From positions 70,995 to 134,994 of the forward strand of contig CAZCYZ010000002.1 of assembly GCA_964503465.1 (NCBI GenBank): a DNA stretch of 64,000 nucleotides. Reading direction: 5' to 3'. This DNA comes from an uncultured Gammaproteobacteria bacterium (lineage in GTDB: Bacteria; Patescibacteriota; Microgenomatia; UBA12405). Shown here piece after piece: positions 58,228 through 64,000 of the stretch. The stretch's first letter is position 1, and each line of letters starts with the position of its first letter. Made by a program: the position numbers and the translations under genes. The notes beneath the pieces were generated by a model. That model did not search any database, was not told the origin of the DNA, and was given only the letters and a program-made list of their open reading frames with translations.

Positions 58228-59946
58228 CTATCCTATCATGTTTTGTCCGTTGGTTAGACCAAAGGCAGAGAGGTGGGTTTTTTTGGCGGTTTTATCAGTG
58301 CAATTGTAATAAGATACCCGGAAGGTATATTTATCTTGGTAGTGGTCGACAACGTTAATGGACCAAAGAATTTTTGGATCGATTAAATTGGTGTAGTGTT
58401 GAGTAAGTGTTTCGGGGTCTTGAGTAGAAGTAACGTTGGCATCGAGAGTGATAATTTGGGAAGTTAATTCACTGGCGGAACTACTGATGTCTTTGGGAGT
58501 GTACGTTTCGGGTTTGTCCAGATCATCAAGAATTGTTTCGGAGAATTTGTGGCCATCGTAGGTTCCCAGGGCGTACTTTTCAATATATTTACCGTTTTCT
58601 TGATAATAAATTTTGCCAATTTCGAAGAATTTCGGGTTTGGCAGTTTATATCGATTATATTGGTCTAATTGGTTTTCTAATGATTGAATGATTGATTCGC
58701 GTAAGACCGGGTATTCAGAATTAATTGAGTTTTGGGTATAAACAGCTTTACTGGAGAGTGGTTTTTGAACTAGGGGCCAGGAACGAACTTCGTCATAACC
58801 CTGATTAATTAGGTCATCTTTGAGCTTCTCGATAAGGTAAAGAACTTTGGGGGTGATATCAGGAAGTTGTTTGGAGACTAGTGGTTCCGATGCGGGAATT
58901 TTTTGATAGCCGTGGAAGCGGATAACTTCTTCGATTAGATCCTCTTCGATGGTGATGTCTTTACGAATTGACGGAGGAGTAACAAGGTTATTATTAATAA
59001 CACAACCGAGACGTTTAAGGATATCGTTTTGGGGAATGTCGATACCAGAGTAGAGGGATGGTTTTAGAGGATCAAATGGTATTTGGGGTGGGGTTGGTTT
59101 TTGGGGATAATAATCGAACAGTTGACTATTAATATGACCATGGCAAAGGTCGCAAATTAATGTGGCTAGATGGTTGAGAGCTTGGAGGATAGTTTCGGTG
59201 TCCAACTCTTTGTCGAGGCGGATTTCAGCTTCGGTGATAGTTTTGGTGAGACGGGAATCGGTTTTAACTCGGGATCGATTGTAAACGGCTGCCTCGATAA
59301 TAATATCAGTAGTTTGATTGTTAACAGCGCAAAATTGACCACCAATGAAAGTAAGTGACAGTGGCTGATGACCATTGGAAATCAGTAGACAATCGGGATG
59401 AAGCTTAAGGTTGGTGCCGTCGAGAGTAATGAATTCCGAATATTGTTGGTTGTCTTCCCAAATTAAATTTTCGCTAGATTTGGCAATGTCAAAAGCATGA
59501 TTGGGAATACCCCAAAGAAGCATAATGTAGTTGGTGGCATCAACAATGTTGTTAATGGAATTAATATCGTGAAACTGGAGGAACCGAGCTAGCCAAGGTG
59601 GGGAGGAGGAGGTTTTTAGGTTGGTGATTTTGATGGCGGTTAGTCGTTTAACATTAGCGGATGTAACTTTGATTGGGAGTTGATAGTTGGAAATTTGGAA
59701 TTGAGGAGTTTTGGGGGTGACTAGAGGAATGTTGTACAGAACCGAAATATCGCGGGCCAGGCCGTAGTATCCAAGACAGTCTCCCCTATTTTGGCGAATT
59801 TCCAGGTCAAAGATAGTTTCACCGTCAATAGTTTTGGTATTGGAGACGAAGTGACCAATCATGGCCAGATCGTTGGCCAAAGTTTTAGAATCAACATCGA
59901 GGTTGGGTAAAAATTGATTTTTAAGAACGGAATATATTAGTTTCAT
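58228..59946 (-). CDS. pheT: Phenylalanine-tRNA ligase beta subunit, short form (572 aa).
   Basis: Position after pheS. B3/B4 and B5 domain-like segments. Lacks the N-terminal tRNA-binding domain. Confidence 0.8.
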   Translation of the reverse strand: MKLIYSVLKNQFLPNLDVDSKTLANDLAMIGHFVSNTKTIDGETIFDLEIRQNRGDCLGYYGLARDISVLYNIPLVTPKTPQFQISNYQLPIKVTSANVKRLTAIKITNLKTSSSPPWLARFLQFHDINSINNIVDATNYIMLLWGIPNHAFDIAKSSENLIWEDNQQYSEFITLDGTNLKLHPDCLLISNGHQPLSLTFIGGQFCAVNNQTTDIIIEAAVYNRSRVKTDSRLTKTITEAEIRLDKELDTETILQALNHLATLICDLCHGHINSQLFDYYPQKPTPPQIPFDPLKPSLYSGIDIPQNDILKRLGCVINNNLVTPPSIRKDITIEEDLIEEVIRFHGYQKIPASEPLVSKQLPDITPKVLYLIEKLKDDLINQGYDEVRSWPLVQKPLSSKAVYTQNSINSEYPVLRESIIQSLENQLDQYNRYKLPNPKFFEIGKIYYQENGKYIEKYALGTYDGHKFSETILDDLDKPETYTPKDISSSASELTSQIITLDANVTSTQDPETLTQHYTNLIDPKILWSINVVDHYQDKYTFRVSYYNCTDKTAKKTHLSAFGLTNGQNMIG

Positions 59947-59951
59947 AAAAT

Positions 59952-59989
59952 AAACCCTCCCCCGACCCCTCCCTTGACAGGGCGGGGGG
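59952..59989. repeat. Palindromic element AAACCCTCCCCCGACCCCTCCCTTGACAGGGCGGGGGG in the pheS-pheT spacer.
   Basis: Matches about 33/38 positions of a segment inside ligA (25948-25985). Confidence 0.5.
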
Positions 59990-60015
59990 AAATAATTTTA
60001 TTGAAAGTAATATTC

Positions 60016-61002
60016 TTATTTTTCATTTGGTTTGTAGGCAAGGTTGCCGCCAGTAAGGGTGCGGATGTCGGTGATGCCAAAATTGGCCATGGTCCAACGA
60101 TCTAGGCCCATGCCGAAGGCAAAGCCACTCCAAATGTTGGGGTCAATGTTGGCCATTTTGAGGACATTGGGGTGGATAATGCCGGCACCACCCATCTCCA
60201 TCCAACCAGCACCCTTACAAATTGGGCAGCCAGCTCCATGACAGTTGAAACATTGCATGTCGGGACCAACACCTGGTTCAACTTCGGGATAATATTTTAA
60301 GCGATATCGAGTAACGACATTCGGACCATAAAGTGTCTTAAACATCAGGTCCATGGTGCCAAAAAGGTCCTTAAGAGTCACATTTTTATCAACAACTACG
60401 GCTTGATATTGGTGGAAAATAAAATGATTGCTTTTGTTGACTTTTTCGTTTCTGTAAACTTTGCCGGGGAAGGCGGCTCGGAAAGGTGGTTTATTGGCAG
60501 CCAGGAGTCTGGCTTCGATGGAGGATGTTTGGGTGCGCAGTAGAATGTCGGGTTCTCTGACGTAGATACTGTCTTGCATGTCGCGGGCGGGATGGTCGGA
60601 TGGTAGATTAAGTCTTTGAAAGCAATATTCGTCTGTTTCGACTTCTGGACCGTCGTAGACAGAGAAACCAAGCTGGCGAAACAGGGCATTGAGTTTTCTT
60701 TCGGTAATGGTAATCGGGTGGAGAGAACCAGCCTTTTTGGTAGCAAAAATTGGTTCATCATTTTTCGTTTGATCGTTTTTTATTTGAGGTAAGGACTCAA
60801 GTTTGCAGGAGATTAAATCTTCGATTTGTTGCTTGAGTTGGTTTAGATATTGGCCAAACTCTTTGGGATTAGGAGTAGTTTTTATTTTGGCAAATTCAGA
60901 ATTGATGATGCCATGGCGGCCGAGATATTTGATACGAAGGTTTTCCAATTCGGTGGCTTGCTGACAATTTTCAATTTCAGTTTTAATTTTTTCTAGGTTC
61001 AT
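60016..61002 (-). CDS. pheS: Phenylalanine-tRNA ligase alpha subunit.
   Basis: Class II motifs FRAAFPGKVYRNE, HPARDMQDS and GAGWMEMGGAGIIHPNVL. Confidence 0.92.
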   Translation of the reverse strand: MNLEKIKTEIENCQQATELENLRIKYLGRHGIINSEFAKIKTTPNPKEFGQYLNQLKQQIEDLISCKLESLPQIKNDQTKNDEPIFATKKAGSLHPITITERKLNALFRQLGFSVYDGPEVETDEYCFQRLNLPSDHPARDMQDSIYVREPDILLRTQTSSIEARLLAANKPPFRAAFPGKVYRNEKVNKSNHFIFHQYQAVVVDKNVTLKDLFGTMDLMFKTLYGPNVVTRYRLKYYPEVEPGVGPDMQCFNCHGAGCPICKGAGWMEMGGAGIIHPNVLKMANIDPNIWSGFAFGMGLDRWTMANFGITDIRTLTGGNLAYKPNEK

Positions 61003-61011
61003 AAAAAAACA

Positions 61012-61045
61012 AACCCCGCAGCGGCGGGGTTTAATTGTAGGTTAA
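61012..61045 (-). terminator. Intrinsic terminator after rplT: aaccccgc-agcg-gcggggtt, then a T7 run on the minus strand.
   Basis: Seen directly. Confidence 0.6.
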
Positions 61046-61054
61046 ATCCCCTCT

Positions 61055-61396
61055 TTATTTTAGAGAGTTAAAGATAAACTTGAAAGTGTTGGGATCGTGA
61101 ATGGCAATCTCAGAGAGCATCTTACGATTGAGCTCGATCTTGTTGTCTTTGAGTTTTTTGATAAAAACTGAATAGCTGGTGGAAAAAGGTTTAAGGGCAG
61201 CGTTAAGGCGAACAATCCAGAGTTTGCGAAAATCACGACGGCGGATGCGACGGCCATTATAGGCGTATTGGCCGGCGTGCATAACAGCTTCGTTGGCGAC
61301 TTTGAAGCGCTTACTTCGGGTCATCCAGTAACCCTTGGCAAGTTTGAGAACTTTTTTGTGACCAGCTCTACGAACGGTACCAGTTTTGACTCTCAT
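61055..61396 (-). CDS. rplT: Ribosomal protein L20.
   Basis: MRVKTGTVRRAGHKKVLKLAKGYWMTRSKRFKVA. Confidence 0.92.
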   Translation of the reverse strand: MRVKTGTVRRAGHKKVLKLAKGYWMTRSKRFKVANEAVMHAGQYAYNGRRIRRRDFRKLWIVRLNAALKPFSTSYSVFIKKLKDNKIELNRKMLSEIAIHDPNTFKFIFNSLK

Positions 61397-61399
61397 ATT

Positions 61400-61606
61400 T
61401 TATTTTCCTAAAATTTGTTTAATTTTTTTGGCGAAACGACCAAGGACGGCTTTTTTACCCTTAAGCCGACGGAGTTGTTTTTTACTTTTGCGGCGACGAA
61501 GATGGCGGTCAAAGGAGGCCTCGCGGAGAACCTTACCGTTTTTGGTGACCTCGAAGCGGTTACTGACCGATTTCCTGATTTTGAGTTTCTTTGACGGAGT
61601 TTTCAT
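61400..61606 (-). CDS. rpmI: Ribosomal protein L35.
   Basis: The real protein is the C-terminal 68 aa of the track ORF: MKTPSKKLKIRKSVSNRFEVTKNGKVLREASFDRHLRRRKSKKQLRRLKG. Confidence 0.8.
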   Translation of the reverse strand: MKTPSKKLKIRKSVSNRFEVTKNGKVLREASFDRHLRRRKSKKQLRRLKGKKAVLGRFAKKIKQILGK

Positions 61607-62153
61607 CTTTGTCGGTTTTTTTAGCTTTAACTGGGGTAAGAGTAAACAAAAGTCTCTTGCCCATAAGTCTGGCTTCACCCTCGGGAGCGGAGATAGCAGA
61701 CAGATCTTTGGTAAAGCGATCAATCAGCTGGTACCCAAACTCCTTCCTTTGGATTTGGCGACCTTGGAATTTTATACTTAATTTGACTTTATTTCCAGTG
61801 GTTAAAAATTTATTGGCCTTACGAACGGCAGTTTCGTAATCATTTTGGGAAATAAATGGTGTCATTTGAATCTCTTTAAGTTCACCGCCTTTGATGCCTC
61901 GTTTTTCAGCCTTCATTTTTTTGGCCTCCTGGTATTTGAATTTGGAAAATTCAATTAATTTGATTACTGGGGGTTTGGCCATTGGGGCAATTTCAACTAA
62001 ATCCAAACCAGTTTGATAGGCTTGTTGCCGGGCGTCGGTAATTGACATAATGCCGATTTGTTTGGCGTCTTCGTCGATTAAGCGAACTTCGGGGGCGGTA
62101 ATGTATTGATTAATCTTGTAAAATTTTTTGTTTTGATTTCTATAGGTAGCCAT
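61560..62153 (-). CDS. infC: Translation initiation factor IF-3.
   Basis: Both IF3_N and IF3_C domains are present. The C-terminal tail overlaps the rpmI start by about 47 nt. Confidence 0.9.
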   Translation of the reverse strand: MATYRNQNKKFYKINQYITAPEVRLIDEDAKQIGIMSITDARQQAYQTGLDLVEIAPMAKPPVIKLIEFSKFKYQEAKKMKAEKRGIKGGELKEIQMTPFISQNDYETAVRKANKFLTTGNKVKLSIKFQGRQIQRKEFGYQLIDRFTKDLSAISAPEGEARLMGKRLLFTLTPVKAKKTDKDENSVKETQNQEIGQ

Positions 62154-62161
62154 TTTATGGT

Positions 62162-63922
62162 TTATTTTATCAAAGTTTGGGATTTAGTGGTGATTTGCTC
62201 CTTAATTTTGGCAATAAAATCGTTTATTGACATGGCACCAAGATCCTGTTCGTCACGTTGACGAACAGCAACGGTATTCGAATCGGCTTCGCGAGCACCA
62301 ATAATTAACATATAAGGAATTTTTTCCAGTTGGGCATCGCGAATTTTGGCTTGCATTTTTTCGGAGCGGTCATCAATTTCAAAACGGATGTTGTTTTGAC
62401 TAAGCATTTCCCCTACTCTTTTGGCATATTCGTGCTGATTATCAGTGATGGGAATGATTTTGGCCTGAACTGGTGATAACCAGACCGGGAAGGCACCAGC
62501 AAAGTGTTCAAGCATGATCATTAGAAAGCGTTCAGGTGAACCAACTATGGCTCGATGTAGCATGACTGGGCGTTGTTTGGTGCCATCGGAGGCGGTGTAT
62601 TCCAACCCAAAACGCTCTGGGAAGACGTAATCAATTTGGATGGTAGAAAGTTGCCATTCACGCTTAAGGGCATCAGTAGCAATTAGATCCATTTTCGGGG
62701 CATAAAATGCGGCTTCACCTGGACCGTCAAAGTATTCGATGTGATTACGTTTCATGATGGTAACGGCCCATTTCTCAACCTTGTCCCAGGTGGCAGGGTC
62801 GCCAAGGTATTTTTCGGGATGTTGAGGATCACGGGTTGATAGGCGATATTTGTATTTAAGCCCAAAGGTATCCATGATTTCTTTGGTCATTTTGAGGGCG
62901 GTGTCAATTTCGGCATCAACTTGATCTTCACGACAAAATATGTGGCAATCGTCTTGTGAGAAAGCCCGAACACGAGCAAGGCCATTTAGTTCGCCCGGTT
63001 TTTCATCACGGTAAAGCATGGCAAAATCGGCATAGCGGAGAGGTAGGTCTCGGTAAGAATGAGGTTGAGAACAATATATTTGAGTGTGTTGGGGACAATT
63101 CATGGGCTTAAGGAAGAATTCTTCATCGGAATAGTTACTTACAACCCGGAACATGCTGTCTTTGTATTTATCGTAATGACCAGATATTTGAAACAATTTG
63201 GCCTTGGCGATTTGAGGCGTCCAAACCTGAGTGTAACCTTGTTTTTTTTGGACATCTTCGACGTAGTTGTTGACCGCGAGACGAATAGAAGCACCTTTGG
63301 GGGTATAGAGAGGAAGACCACTGCCAATTAGTTCAGAAAAGGTAAAAAGCCCAAGTTCCCTGCCTAATTTTCGATGATCTCTTTTTTGGGCTTCTTCAAT
63401 GATGCGGATATGTTCATCTAATTCTTTTTTGGACTCAAAAGCGGTGCCGTAGATGCGGGTTAACATCTTATTTTTTTCGTCACCATGCCAATAAGCGCCA
63501 GCAATCGAGAGTAATTTGAATGCCTTGATTTTACCAGTAGAAATGGCATGCGGACCAGCACAAAGATCGACGAAATTATCACCAGTGTAGTAGATAGAGA
63601 TAATTTCGTCACGATTGGTGATACTGTCGAGCCATTCGAGCTTGTAAGGGTTATCGGCAAAAAGTTTTTTGGCTTCGTCGAGGGAAATTTCTTGGCGAGT
63701 GATATCAAGATTCTGATCAACGATTTTTTGCATTTCGGCCTCGATTTTGGGAAAATCTTCTTCGGAGATTTTGAAGTTGCCAAGGGGTTCAAGATCCATG
63801 TAGAAGCCATCATCGGTGGCTGGTCCCATAGCTGGGTAAAATTGGCGAGGATACAGGTTGTTTAAAGCTTGGTGAAGAATGTGTTCCGCGCTGTGACGGA
63901 TTTGGTGTAGATTATCTGACAT
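62162..63922 (-). CDS. thrS: Threonine-tRNA ligase, N-terminally truncated (no TGS/N1 domain).
   Basis: Starts at the HSAEHIL (HxxxH) second additional domain. Class II core. C-terminal anticodon-binding domain. Confidence 0.9.
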   Translation of the reverse strand: MSDNLHQIRHSAEHILHQALNNLYPRQFYPAMGPATDDGFYMDLEPLGNFKISEEDFPKIEAEMQKIVDQNLDITRQEISLDEAKKLFADNPYKLEWLDSITNRDEIISIYYTGDNFVDLCAGPHAISTGKIKAFKLLSIAGAYWHGDEKNKMLTRIYGTAFESKKELDEHIRIIEEAQKRDHRKLGRELGLFTFSELIGSGLPLYTPKGASIRLAVNNYVEDVQKKQGYTQVWTPQIAKAKLFQISGHYDKYKDSMFRVVSNYSDEEFFLKPMNCPQHTQIYCSQPHSYRDLPLRYADFAMLYRDEKPGELNGLARVRAFSQDDCHIFCREDQVDAEIDTALKMTKEIMDTFGLKYKYRLSTRDPQHPEKYLGDPATWDKVEKWAVTIMKRNHIEYFDGPGEAAFYAPKMDLIATDALKREWQLSTIQIDYVFPERFGLEYTASDGTKQRPVMLHRAIVGSPERFLMIMLEHFAGAFPVWLSPVQAKIIPITDNQHEYAKRVGEMLSQNNIRFEIDDRSEKMQAKIRDAQLEKIPYMLIIGAREADSNTVAVRQRDEQDLGAMSINDFIAKIKEQITTKSQTLIK

Positions 63923-63942
63923 AAGTGATTATAGCTAAAAAA

Positions 63943-63980
63943 TAACTAAAAAACCCCGCGGTTGCGGGGTGTTGGGGTTT
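63943..63980 (-). terminator. Intrinsic terminator for an upstream minus-strand gene beyond the window.
   Basis: aaccccgc-ggtt-gcggggt hairpin followed by TTTTTT on the minus strand. Confidence 0.5.
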
Positions 63981-64000
63981 AAACCACAAAACATCTCCCG

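Noticed and set aside
14326-62420. Recurrent TCCCCTA(C/T) or TAGGGGA 7-mer in about 10 genes.
   Set aside because: Each occurrence decodes as Gly-Asp/Glu (GGG-GAx) preceded by Ile/Val in ordinary coding sequence. The count is about what k-mer frequency predicts. It is not a structured repeat.
1-64000. CRISPR arrays, rRNA genes, IS elements with terminal inverted repeats.
   Set aside because: None found. No regularly spaced short repeats. No 16S or 23S-like conserved stretches. No transposase ORFs.

Overview
This is about 64 kb of a low-GC bacterial chromosome (roughly 40-42% GC by eye). The gene content looks like a small-genome Patescibacteria/CPR-type organism: short aminoacyl-tRNA synthetases, many tiny secreted or membrane proteins, heavy gene overlap and a large type IV pilus locus. 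That lineage call is inference from the sequence only.

Recognisable core genes:
- hisS (partial, at the window edge) next to tRNA-His(GUG).
- dnaB, then tRNA-Leu(CAA).
- A DksA/TraR zinc-finger protein, a half-length LspA-like protein overlapping an RluA-family pseudouridine synthase, and YebC.
- A lone XerC/D-type tyrosine recombinase flanked by two long non-coding regions.
- gyrA and gyrB.
- Two methyltransferases, a DsbA-like Cys-rich protein with a ferredoxin, and a MacAB/HlyD-type efflux operon.
- tRNA-Ala(CGC), pth and ligA.
- A complete type IV pilus locus: pilB, pilT, pilC, a major pilin, pilD, eight further pilin-like genes, a 1598-aa PA14-domain giant protein, a PilX-like protein and pilM/N/O.
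- rpsP with a KH-domain gene, rnc, nusB, rpmF, recG, a class A PBP, and the thrS-infC-rpmI-rplT-pheS-pheT operon.

Things worth a second look:
- A perfect 28-bp direct repeat flanks a 554-bp cassette between trmH and gyrB. The cassette carries a GC-shifted 148-aa ORF.
- A family of small palindromic elements built on CTCCCTTGWCA recurs in the window, and one copy sits in-frame inside ligA.
- A roughly 5-kb GC-elevated accessory island follows ligA: a DUF559 pseudogene, Fic, a GNAT acetyltransferase, a membrane HExxH protein with a small Zn-ribbon ORF, and a 398-aa unknown.
- A dif-like 28-mer and iteron-like repeats sit beside the lone xer gene, and a 757-bp non-coding tract follows it.
- The giant repeat-bearing PA14 protein is embedded in the pilus locus and is a candidate pilus adhesin.

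No CRISPR array or rRNA was seen. Coordinates I derived by hand (tRNAs, hairpins, repeats) may be off by 1-2 nt.
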